A stretch of DNA of 64,000 bases from Tubiluchus corallicola (lineage: Eukaryota > Animalia > Priapulida): positions 434,001-498,000 of the forward strand of contig JAQGDQ010000074.1 of the NCBI GenBank assembly GCA_030141605.1, in the 5' to 3' direction. Made by a program: the position numbers and the translations under genes. Positions within the stretch are counted from its first letter, which is position 1; each line of letters starts with the position of its first letter. The notes beneath the pieces are model-generated. The model saw only the letters and a list, made by a program, of their open reading frames with translations, was not told where the DNA came from and searched no databases. Shown one piece after another: positions 52,201 through 64,000 of the stretch.

Positions 52201-53446
52201 TACCAGCCGTACACTACATTAACATATTTTTCATATCTACTCTTTCTAAAACGTGTAACCTTGCAAAATTGCTCGATTAATAAATATTCCTTCAACGCAA
52301 GGAAAACATTCGTTATCTGCTTAAATTCTCAAAAACTTGCCACGTATGTTCGTCAGCCATTTTGCTCGCCCCGTTATTACGATGTACTTTTTACCATTTT
52401 CTTTGAAAATTTTACGCCTGACAAAGCAGCAGCATCTAATAATCCACAGACACGAAATTCAATATAGTCACGTACGCGGTTGCGTTTCAACAAAGACTTA
52501 ATACTCAAATCACAATTTTAATATACTCATAGACGAGGGATTTTAGAAAGTTATAACGAAACTGCTCAAACGTGGACGGTTTTCCAAGCGTTTTCACAGC
52601 TCAGTGAACTGAAGCCATAAACGTACATACTTTGCTGCTGTAAATGAGAAGGATTGAAGAATCATAATTGAGAAGCCTAATCGTTAACTATATGCGAAAT
52701 AGTTATAAATTTATTACAAAATTCACGGAATATCTGAGCGTTGTAAAGACTGACGTTACATCCAATAGACAAACACTCTTGAGCTGAAAGAAGTTTTTCC
52801 TGGTATTGAAGTTTGAAATGTTAGATATTGTTTAAATTACGCTAACAACAGCAAAAATCTTTACATTTACTTGATGTTGGAGAAAATATTATCATACACT
52901 TAAGATGGATGCCTATTCTGGCTTTCAATACGAGTACGTGGAGTTGAGCAGATTTGTTTTTGAAGAAATTACATTGAACTTAAACTGCTAGGTTAAACTA
53001 TATTATCAAGCAGGCTAGTCTATTGTGACTATTTACAGAACATCATCGTTAATAAAGTTCAGCAGCATAACATCAAAATATGTTATGTGGTCTATTGGCT
53101 ACTACCTTATTTGTAACAAAACACTTTTGTACAAGGATTTATCTATGTATAACAGATTTAACAGTTTTTCTATAAGGATTTATAATGTTGCATTATTAAC
53201 TTGTGGCATAATCGTCGTCGAACATATTTTCACAAAAACACAGTAGCCAACATTGCTTCATTAGGCTTGAAGTATGCAATGGTATACATTGTGAAATCTA
53301 CTTATAAAGTTGCCTGTGAGAAGCGCAAATAAGAATTCGTCATCATCACTATAATCATCATCGTTTATGAAAATTTTTACAACGTTTTAAAATTTTAGTA
53401 ATTCTTATCTTTCAGTAATCAGCTATTTAAAAAAAGATTAACGTAC

Positions 53447-53653
53447 GTGATCCATGAGTTCTCTAATCATGCCATTCCAATTTCCTTCAGAGTCAGGCGC
53501 ACCGTACTTCCCGTCCTCAACTATGTGAATGCTGTAGCTAAAGTTTATCTCTTTCGATATTGCTTTTAGCAAATCTACACAGTATCCCTCGAAGCGGTCA
53601 TTTCCAACATATGTTTTGTCTTTGCTGTTTTTAAGCATTAAATATGGAGGCTC
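53447..53653 (-). CDS. iGluR gene 2 S1 exon (EPPYLM...[13 protein letters not shown]...[11 protein letters not shown])
   Basis: ctag acceptor, gtacgt donor. [12 protein letters not shown] motif. Confidence 0.94.
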
Positions 53654-54035
53654 CTAGATTCGATTTAAAAGATGCAAGACGAATAGCCAAACAATCACCA
53701 GTTGGACAGCCAACCAGTCAGTCTGTCAGTCTGTCCGTCCATCAACATCAATCAACCAAATGGTCAGTCAGTCAGGCAGGCAGGCAGTCATTGAGATACA
53801 GTGGATGAACATAGACATTCCTATTAAACTTTACTAAAACTTTAACAAAATAACGTTAAAATACTTCTATGGGAGCTAACGCCATGAGTGTAATAATCTT
53901 GTAAATTTTTAACATTTTCAAATTTAACGTATTTTCACATATTTAGGGAATTTTATAGTAAAATTTCAGCAAATGCAAACCTTCATCACTATACAAATTG
54001 CAAAGATTACAAGGTATTTTATTACATTTACTTAC

Positions 54036-54149
54036 CAATATTGACGTGACTTCTAATACTTTTCCTTGAAGACTTTCTTTTAAATTTTCTATCACCATGG
54101 AGTAATTTTTCGTTATCCTCACCCCATTTGTAATATTCCATTCCCCAAT
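54036..54149 (-). CDS. iGluR gene 2 ATD-S1 linker exon (IGEWNITNGV...SLQGKVLEVTSIL)
   Basis: ttttcag acceptor, gtaagt donor. IG.W and L.VTSIL motifs. Confidence 0.92.
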
Positions 54150-54316
54150 CTGAAAATTATTTACAAAACTTATTCTCTCTTTAAGTTACTATAAGTTACT
54201 TTATAGTTTTAATGAACAAATTTGCAAATGAGAAATTAGAAGACCTAAAAAATTCTGTCCCCGCCATAATTGGAGTCTATATCTTCTATTTTATTGTCAT
54301 TGTTCAGCTAATAATA

Positions 54317-54780
54317 GGGTAAAATGGAGTAATGTCGGACATGGGCTAATGTCGGACAATAAGTTTTACGTTCTCCTAAAACCCAACAAATTACGTGGAC
54401 GTTGTTTTTTTCTTTCATTGTTAATACTGGCACATCATATCTTTAGACTGGCATATTCACCATAGTCTAGTAGTTCGTCTTCAGGCAGCGGCATGGTCGT
54501 GAACCTAAATGCTCGCTCGGTGAGTACGCTTGTTCTTAATCGCAGTAACTTTTTTGATTTATAATTATTAATTATTAAATAACGCATTAATTATTTACAA
54601 CATCCTCTTCAGAAATGGTTTATTTTGTAAGTTACTTCTTCCCTGACGCTTTAACCCACACTTTGTAAACACCATATTTGTTTGTTTATAATACAACACA
54701 CTGAAGCAGTGTCCAACCTTACACAAAGGCCTAGGCTAAAGTCGGACAATGGAATTTTTGTGTCCGAGTTTTGCCTGAAA
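54317..54780. mobile_element. Probable non-autonomous DNA transposon fragment
   Basis: Tandem taatgtcggaca x2 near 54330-54358, a third ctaaagtcggaca near 54736, and an inverted tgtccga near 54760. This subterminal-repeat layout is typical of TIR elements. Confidence 0.4.
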
Positions 54781-55010
54781 TAATTGTTTGTGTAGGTAAA
54801 TAACATAGATTTTTGGCCATGTGAGTGAAAACGTAAAAATAACATGTCCTAAATCGTTTTACAAACATGGCAGGAAACCGTTATCGAAACGCCTAGAAAG
54901 AAAAAATGCTGCAAACGTCAATAACATTTCTTTCCATAGAGAGGAAAAAGAGGAAAACTTCAGCAGTGGAGCTCCGATCAAATGCAATCTGTGACCAAAT
55001 GTAATCTAGT

Positions 55011-55014
<4 letters not shown>

Positions 55015-55105
<91 letters not shown>
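55015..55105. repeat. (AC)n microsatellite
   Basis: Direct reading. Confidence 0.98.
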
Positions 55106-55109
<4 letters not shown>

Positions 55110-56183
55110 TTTACACATGGCTCACTCAATTCGCGACAAATTATGCAAGCTTTAATGCCTTTTAAATGAATGTAGCAAATGAAAATCTTACTAACTTTAT
55201 GCAGAATTTAGATAACAAATTATCAATTTTAAAAGACATAATAAACTCAAAGTCTATAATACAAGACAAAACGCTTGTGCAATATAATTAAGGTGTTCAG
55301 CGTTGGCGTAACCTGACCATGTAACGAAAACTTGTCGAGCTGATCTGGCTTCATAAAGGGGAGATGGTGATTTCAGAAATTAAACCATTTCAGAAAATGA
55401 AGGAGTACACGCTTTGTGCGTACGAACAATTTAGACATGCTTAAGGAATTAGTTGCGATTCACGTATCACGTGTAATTATTTACCGTTAAGTGCACTTAA
55501 GTTCTGCATGCGTAAGCGACTTAGGCGTAATTCACGTACCGCACTTACGAAAGAAGTTAGTTAAGCATGCGCAAGTTGCGCGTACTTAAGGATTCAGATG
55601 TGATTCGCGAAACTCAAACCTGCCGTAGAAACGTGCGTAAAGTTACAAGTGGTCGGAAGCATTCGTAAGTCTGTTTTAGCGACGCAACTCACCCCTCATC
55701 AACTCATCCAAGTTTTTTGGCTTCCACTTTATTTACATTTTCATTAAAATGTATTGTTCGCATTCCTAATTCTCGCAAACAGTAGAAGTAGTAGTAGTAA
55801 TAGTAGCAGGGGTGGTGGGGGCGGTGTTGCAGGAGTTTGTCGTGGTGCTACGTGATGACAACACTCTGTACGTGGTCATCCACAATTTTCGCACCTACGA
55901 TAGTCACATGATCATGCAACATGGCATATCTAGCCATTCCCCCATCGTAACCCGAACATCTGAAAGTGACAGGGTGCAGTGGTTGTGGCGGCAGCAAAGT
56001 TTGTCATTTGCTTTTCATTCAAATTGATCGTCATAATACAAAATTAAGGTAAGGCAATTAGAGTTAGTTCGTCATAAACATAATAGTACTTTTCTTTAGT
56101 ATCCTCCGCACAATGCAACCGGACTAACAAGCAACAAAATTTCAAGGTAAACAAAATGAATAAATTAGAAACACCTACAGAAT

Positions 56184-56185
<2 letters not shown>

Positions 56186-56257
<72 letters not shown>

Positions 56258-56281
56258 CCTTTTTCTTGCTCTCTCTCTTCT

Positions 56282-56374
<93 letters not shown>

Positions 56375-56410
56375 CCTTTTTCTTGCACTCTCTCTTCTTT
56401 ATCTCTACTC
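56186..56410. repeat. Bipartite (CT)n microsatellite with a duplicated ccccctttttcttgc spacer
   Basis: Direct reading. Confidence 0.95.
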
Positions 56411-56806
56411 TCTATCCACTTTTTACAATTTCTTTTATTCGATTTTCTTTGCGTAAATCAGCAACGAATGTTCAACAGTAAAGTGTTCAACATTTCTCTT
56501 ATGTCGTCACTGATTAATTTCTTTAAAATGTCTCTTTGCAAAATATTTAAAAGAATTTAATTACCATAACCACATAGTTGTTCGTATGTTGTTAATTATG
56601 TCAGACGTTACTTGCAAGTGTTTTTATCCCAGTGTTTTACATTTCATGCAGCCACATGCTTTCCCGTTTTCCCAAATTCCTTAACAATATTGTTTTAGTT
56701 TATCAGGTATTATTCCAAGAAAATTGTAAGAATATAGATAGAAACCTGCAAAAACAGTTTTGTTCGATATTACTTCATTTTACCTAGGTAATAGGTAATT
56801 TCTTAC

Positions 56807-56911
56807 CACTTCTAATCCGTTTGTGGTCAACTCCACTACATCTAGATGAAAATTAGTTCGTCGACTGTCTTCATCAAATCTTATGTCTCCAGACAAGCCA
56901 ACCATATCAAC
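56807..56911 (-). CDS. iGluR gene 2 ATD exon (VDMVGLSGDIRFDEDSRRTNFHLDVVELTTNGLEV)
   Basis: atttag acceptor, gtaaga donor. GL.G.I.FD...R..F.LD motif; 105 nt. Confidence 0.92.
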
Positions 56912-57620
56912 CTAAATCCAATTTGTTAAAGCCAAATATATAATTAAATATTTCCTAGACAAAATTGCAGGCATTATAAAATAGAATTGAAAGCAAGATC
57001 ATCAATAAACTCAACGGCGTTTTCTTTTACTCAAGGTTACCTTGTTACATGTTTAAAGTCCTAATCATGGAAATTATTTGAATGCAAGGCTTTTTCAAGA
57101 AAACATTTCGCAGAATTTTGAATCCCGATGTTGTTCCTGCGACGGCGATCGCCATACAATGGAAGAAATATAGAAAAACGTTACTGTCACAGTATATTTG
57201 GTGAATACTTGGGTTCATAGTTAACATGAAAAAGGAAAACAGTTCTTTCTTCAATATAGACTTAATTATTCAGACGAGTAAAACTACCCCATTGTCGAAA
57301 ATAAAGATCCCGAGAGGAGATAATTCACTATTCTGTTTAATTTATTCTGGATAGATAGAAACTACCCAGCGTTTCAAACAAAAAAATCATTTTAGGTAAT
57401 CTGGGGGACATTACCTAATGTGACCATCTGACCAAACCGAAAAGCATATTTTGATAAAACAAAGTCTTACGGCATGCCCAGATGTCACGTCTTAACGTGG
57501 AATTTCTTTCCATTCTTGGTTCTCCACATGAGTGAACAAACAAAAAACAAACCTGTGAGAGGATTTTGGCCATTGCAATCTCTCTGAACAGACCATTGCT
57601 GTTTACTATATAGTACTTAC

Positions 57621-57773
57621 AAGTTTCATATAATTCACAAGGCTACTTCCGTATCCCCAGCTTTCCTTCTTACTGCAACTCAATGGTGAAATATCCATGC
57701 TCTGAACTTTATCAAACTCCACAAGAGCTTGTACAAAAAGGAAGACCGCGTCATAAACAAGAGCTGTTTCAAT
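57621..57773 (-). CDS. iGluR gene 2 ATD exon (IETALVYDAVFLF...LSC....W.YGSSLVNYMKL)
   Basis: tttctag acceptor, gtaagt donor. YDAV motif; 153 nt. Absent from the ORF track on this strand. Confidence 0.92.
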
Positions 57774-60431
57774 CTAGAAATACAAAATCAATAATAAAAA
57801 TTTTCTTAGCGTTATTTCTTAAGGTTTACTTTTCAGGTAGAAATTATTTTATAACTAACGGCACGTGGAGTACTATGAGAACTTAGCTTTTCGGATCGTT
57901 AGTTTAAACCATAAAAATATTAGCATCTGTATAAAGGTAAGATACAAAAAATATTTCACACCCAAATAACACACATTATTAGGCATTCAGTTGGCATTTG
58001 AGTCCTATTTAAAGTGTAAAGATATACACAAAACGATTTGTTTAGAAAAATAGACATGCTACAGTACAATTCACATTTTGATAGTCTTATAATTACTAAA
58101 AATTAATTTTATTGGAGCAGTAAAAGTAATTAGTTACTTAAGCACCTAATTAAGCAATTTTACTGACACTTAGAAACAGCAAGATCATGTAGCTGATTTA
58201 ATTACTCTAAAATCTGAATACTCTAATTACTCTTACTGTTAAATTAAACATTAAATTATTTATATCCATAGATTTCCCTTTCTATTCACACGTGTAAGCA
58301 GTTGCGCAGTAGGTGACTTTCGTAGTAGGCAATTAAATTTATTAGGAGAATCTCCTGACTGCATTGTTACAAGTAGAATATAAATTTACAATTTCTACAA
58401 TTCTTCAAATTAACCACCAAAGAAAGTTTATTGTGAAGCTAATAAATCGCGCCATTTCTGTTTTACAGGCAGTTCTTGCAAACTTGAACGTAATGAATAA
58501 TGCAACGAATGTTGACAAGCAATTGAAGAACTGATTCATCTAATTGTTTTAATACACGCTTATAGTCAAAGCATGTCTTTTGGCTAATTCCTGTTGAGTG
58601 ATTTGTGAGGCTCTGCCAATTAAGCGCGTGTGTGTCAGCGATAAAAAGACGCATAAAATCGGATTAGTAAGCAAACACGAAAAGAAGCAAAGTCACTCAA
58701 TTACATCTGGAATAGATAAGAAATGCTCAAGAAAACACCAGATCGATAAGTTTGTTATATGGATGAATTCGATCAGAAACGAAGTTGCAGACAAAATGAT
58801 CTGAGCGGAACCATACAAAGCCAATAATAATAATGCCAGCTTGTGCGTAACTGTGATCCTTGCCATAATTGCACTTGTGTAATGACAAAATAGGCTTAAC
58901 AAACAATATTAATTGTAAAGTTAAACTTGGTGCACAATAGACCAAATTTCATTTTCTAAATATTTAAAATTTATTTGTTGCTTGACTGGCTAAAAAATAT
59001 TGAAATTTTGAAGCTAAATTATTAAAAAATCGGTTAATTAATACACATCAAGACAAAATTAGAATTTTAAATTTCAGTTATTCATGTCATATGCTTATTA
59101 TTTATTCTTGTGGAATTTTAACTACACTTTTAACATTTTTGTGGGTAAAGACAAATTACTGCTAAAATATGATTTGAAAAAATAAAAAAGGTATAGTAAA
59201 GGTGCATTATTATTATTGTTGTTGTATATATAAAAGCAAAGTCTACCTTTATAAAATAATGCATTACAATTTGCTGTAAAGTCATAATAGGGCAAAATAA
59301 AAGGGTCTCATCTAAGTAAAACTATGCAAATATGAAAGAAGTTATGATAAAATTGAAAAAGAACGTGTAATATCAAATAAAAAATATAACGAAATTTAAG
59401 AAAACTTTTATTAAATAGACACTCAAGCAAGAAAAATATATTCATGTAAACACAGAAAAAGTTACAAGTATAGCAGAAAATGAAAGTAAAATGTAGGGCA
59501 AGTATTAACAAGTGCAAAAGCTATCAAAAATATAATTGCTGTTTTATATTTACCGGTATGCCACTCGAATTCTGAAAATTTATAATACAGAAATTTAAAG
59601 CTTGCTTAAAATTTGTGATTGATTTATTATAATTAGCCTTACTAGTTCTATTTTCGGATAGGTGCAAAATATTAGACTTTAATATTATAAATTCATTATG
59701 CAACTTCTGCAATAGCACCTACTACATTTATAGGTAGCTGCTACAGCACTGCAATTTTAGCTTGGTCACCAGCAACTACAGCAACATTCTACATGTTTTC
59801 AACTGACAGTTGCAGCTACTTAGAAAATCTATTATGTTAAAGTTTGGCTGCAGTGTAGTACAATGTTTCATTGTAAACACAACCTTTGGCGCCTCATTGC
59901 AGCCCCAAAGGAGTTTCACGCATTATAATTATTGCCGTATTTATTTTTACGCAGCTGGTTGTCTCACAAGGCTATACTTAATTACGCCAATAAAGTGTCA
60001 CTTATAGACTCAACTTACGTACATAATTTTCATTTCGCCATTATTTTTATCAGGATCCGCAAGGTATGAAAAGAGAATCTGAAATATCTGCGAAATTGGA
60101 CCGTCTCAAATATTCCAATTCCATTTACACTAAAATGATGTGCTCACCCGGTGTGCCGGTTTGGCAAGATTCCAACCAAAAAAACATTTTCGTTAACAGA
60201 TTACAGATTGACAAACTGTCTCAGAGAACGCGTGTCAAAACTAAGATTCAAGATTGTTACTTATTGAGACTTTAGGCCACTTATCTTTCTTGGAACAATG
60301 ACGTTTGGCATCGTTTTAAGGAAAATACAAGTTTAACTTAATTCAAAACAGTATATTAGTAACACGGTGCCTTTATTTAGTTACATAACTACAATTATGT
60401 TGCCAAAAGGCACTGCAACAACGACACTCAC

Positions 60432-60659
60432 TCTGATTCCCATGCCATCAGTCAACAATGGAGAGATCTTATTCTTGATTTCTTCCTGTGCCACATCATC
60501 TAATACCCGTATTTGCCTCCTCTCATTCAATCCCATGCGCATGCGCGCCACTTTGGAAATTTTTGGAGGGTTAAACGCTGATACATAATCTACTAGCGTA
60601 AAAGCTGTGATGTTTGTTCCGCCGTACATGAATTCACTGAGATCTAGCGTATGGACGTC
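60432..60659 (-). CDS. iGluR gene 2 ATD exon (DVHTLDLSEFMYGGTNITAF...GIR)
   Basis: ttttttag acceptor, gtgagt donor. D.HT.DL..F.YGGTNIT motif. Confidence 0.9.
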
Positions 60660-61855
60660 CTAAAAAAGAATAATTTTTTAACAGCCTAAGATAACCTCTA
60701 CGAGGAAAATCTCAAAAAATGTTTAACTAACGTAGCCCCATTGCCCTACATCCACCACCAGCCTCGCCCGACCAAGGTTTGTCATTTACGTGTGCCCGTC
60801 TGCAAGTACATAAGACACATACAATTTATATGGAAGTGGGCAAAATCATCCACCTGCAATTCAACCAAAAGGCACAAGCTAAAATAGTAACACTAATTCC
60901 AGTGCCAGACAACAGTCTAACACGTAAACATTAAGCTACGTTACAAATAATGTATAAACAGAAAGTTGGAACCTAATTTCAACATCGTCTCTACGGCCTA
61001 TATAATTTCACTCAGACTATAAATTGTATCTCAGCCTATAAAACATTGCAGCTAAAACTTTTTAACGCTTTCTTGGCTATTAGCACTATTTACAGTCTTA
61101 CATCTCAAAGGGTCAATCTGGATAAGCGGTCCGAAGCATGCATGAGGACAGCCGTTTATTTTTTCGAACTAAAGTTTCCAACCTAACTCATGCAACAGGA
61201 GGCCTATTTCTAATTTGACTTGTTTTTATCCCATGCCGACAATATTATATAATGATATTTATAGAACAGCAAACAACTAATTTATATTTGGTAACAGAAT
61301 AGTGTTGCTGCAATCGCCTGTTTTTCTTGTCGATTGCTTTGAAAAGTACTACTTTGGGAAATTATTTTTTGTTTATCTTTGTAGCAATCTTTAAATAATA
61401 GCAGCACTAATTCAGGCTTAAGTAATAGCAATAAAAACAATTGTTAGTGGTTCTACAAATCTAAAAAACTGGCAGTTTGCACATCAAAAGACTAAAGCTT
61501 GAGGTTATTTTGTCATGACCCATCATAGTTGTTCACTATATTCCGCCCACATTTTAAAGAAATTAACATCAAAATGATACAGGCCGCAAAATCAAATAAG
61601 CAGATATCTGCTGTTGCAAAAATAAATAAATAAACTGGCTATCAGTTCAAGTATAATTTCACTGGTAGAAGTGAACACCTCTTTTTATTTCTTTTACAAA
61701 AACATTATACAATCGGTGAGCAATAATTATTTCTTGTAACTTAATGAGTTTCTCTATTTTCTATAACTAACGACGTCACCTTTGCAATGCTTCACCCTTG
61801 GAAAAAAACAAGCCAAAAGATGTTTTTTAACTAATAAAGCAGTTAAACTACTCAC

Positions 61856-61909
61856 CAGTGAAGTTAGCAAATAATGATAATAATGAGTCATCATTCCTAT
61901 CTGTTGAGC
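61856..61909 (-). CDS. iGluR gene 2 ATD exon (AQQIGMMTHYYHYLLTSL)
   Basis: ttttgcag acceptor, gtgagt donor on the minus strand. Typical kainate AQQIGMM..Y.Y..TSL motif. Confidence 0.92.
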
Positions 61910-64000
61910 CTGCAAAATGTTTAAAATAAAGTAAAATAAATTTGTGTTAATTATCATTAATGGAATTTAAGCTTCGACTTTCTATTTATAGGTATACATC
62001 ATAAATCGAAGATAAAGGTTTTTCTCGCTATCATCCAGCTGTAATTTTTTCTCACAATCTATGATGTCAACATATCATAAACTTACTAATTACATTACGC
62101 AGAGACAAATTTGTTTCCTCTGATGTTTAATCACCTTCACTAATGCAGCGGTTCAACCCATTTTCAATTTTTTACACTGAAAATTTGCCCATTGTGACAC
62201 AAATTGCCTGCTTCCTGTAGCTTAATTCAACTTGCTGAACTATTTTTTGTTCTTTGAACAAATGTGACTATGATAAAAGGCAGTTTTCATTAGTTTTTGG
62301 AGTGCTTTGAACCTAAAATACCCCCTTTTACATTTGTATTCAAAAGTTTTGGCTTCACTGCGGTGCTTGTGCCTGAATAATTTTAATTGTATAATTTTAG
62401 TAAATTACCGTATTTCGAATGTAATAATAGAAACACATATTTTATAACAAACTTAGTGACGCTGAACATTTCCTTACAATAATCATTTAATATAGCTGCT
62501 TTCTAGTGTTAAACCAGCCCTAAACAGCTTAAGGTATTCTCCTCAGAGCTTTGTGTTAACATGCACGTGTACTAAGATGACCAACTGACATCACATGTCA
62601 ATTTCTCTGATATAAGAACTTCCCTGAGTACAAATTATCCCGAAGATGTTTTAAACTTGAAACACATTGTAAATTTTCAGTAAATAACATATCGGAGGAT
62701 TTTGAATTTTGAATCTAATTTCATAAAATGTGCGCATTATGAACGCAAACACTGTTAGATTTCACGCCATTTAGTGCTTAATTAGACCTAAACCTAAAAT
62801 GTTCATGCAGCATAATAATAATTAAAGAAGCCATAAAACGCAACATTTATTACTCTTTTGAGAATAATTTTCAAATAATTTCAGAATCTTTCAGTTGTGT
62901 TTGGCGGTTCTAAACTCGCTCCCCGTGCATTTCGGAAATTATGAAAGAAGTCTACTGCAATACTGTCAGTTATTAACTAGACTGAAAACAATTTATTATG
63001 ATCGGATAGAAAAAAAAGTTTAAAACCCATCACTTAATCATCTATTAGTAAAAATGTAGCATTAATAATAATTATTAGGTACATGTTTAAAATATTTATA
63101 AATACTTACAAAACGTGTGGTGCAAAAATCAGGGAAATCACATTATGGTAGGGATAATCATGAAATCGATTTTCGAAAACTAATATAGTGTACGGTTCAA
63201 AATTTTTACGGTTATATTAGCATTAAACTCTAGGTTAGCATTATCATAAAATAAAACTCATGCATAAAGGTTTGTGGATGGATCGAATTAGTGAAAGGTA
63301 TGTCAGATTGGTAAATGGTAGGTGAAGACGAGATGAGAATGTCAGTTTTTACTTTCAAATTAAAGGTGACAAACCAACCTCGATCATGTTAGACATCAAA
63401 CAAAAATAATTGAAACATTAAAGAAAAACGAATGATAAATACATCAGCGACCTAAATGGACGGCCGGCAATATTTCTGCTTTGCACAAAAAGTTCCTTAA
63501 ACAACCTGAGATTCGAAACTTCTACTAAATATATTTACTATCTACTAATGTTTACTTCTGCTAATATTTACAAAAAAAAATTAGCAAGACTTTTTAACGA
63601 AACAGCAAGGCTAATGGATGACTACTTTGAATTCTGCCACGGCACTACAAATAGTGGGAACAAGTTTCAAAACCTAAATCGGAGCGGCATGCGCAATTTA
63701 AGTAAATAATTGACTGATTATGGTTTTCACAGCCTGCCTTATTCTTATCGTAAGGGTATCTCAGCTAGCTGACGCCAGTGTGTATGCCCTGGTGTGTGCT
63801 GAAGCTGGTGTTTGCAATGAGAAAATGTTTTCTGTTTTTTTGTTTAAATTTAGAAGTTCATTGGTGTGAAGTTTTTGAGATATGATACTGCCAAAATACT
63901 TGAAGCTGTAATGATAAACAGATTAACTGAATTAACTGTTAAAACGAAAAACGAATTTACAAATGACATTGCGCGATGAATAATATTTCAATATATCTTG

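Noticed and set aside
55410-55690. CpG-rich stretch with cttaag/attcacgta repeats as a regulatory island
   Set aside because: More like a non-autonomous DNA-transposon fragment, and its ends could not be defined.

Overview
AT-rich, intron-rich eukaryotic (probably arthropod) genomic DNA, not prokaryotic. It holds a convergent cluster of non-NMDA, kainate-type ionotropic glutamate receptor (iGluR) sequences, which I assembled exon by exon from splice signals and reading frame. On the + strand, nine exons (9349-25725) encode one amino-terminal domain (ATD); its signal-peptide exon was not located. They are followed by TWO tandem, intact, six-exon copies of the ligand-binding domain + channel + C-tail half: module A (27860-34325) and module B (37691-41771). 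No second ATD lies between the modules, and both begin with a phase-0 acceptor matching the single ATD donor at 25725. This points to one gene that swaps its entire LBD/pore/tail by mutually exclusive 3' block splicing, or to an ATD-less paralogue. The decision intron contains an ACTAAY/TGCATG cluster and a cryptic acceptor that could give an ATD-only product. On the - strand, a second kainate-type gene (12 exons, 61909->45758, 5' end beyond the window) converges on module B. The rest is introns with microsatellites, a minisatellite, hairpin/MITE-like elements and tRNA-like SINE remnants. Most ORFs in the supplied track are partial exons or spurious. All isoform claims are inferences without transcript data.
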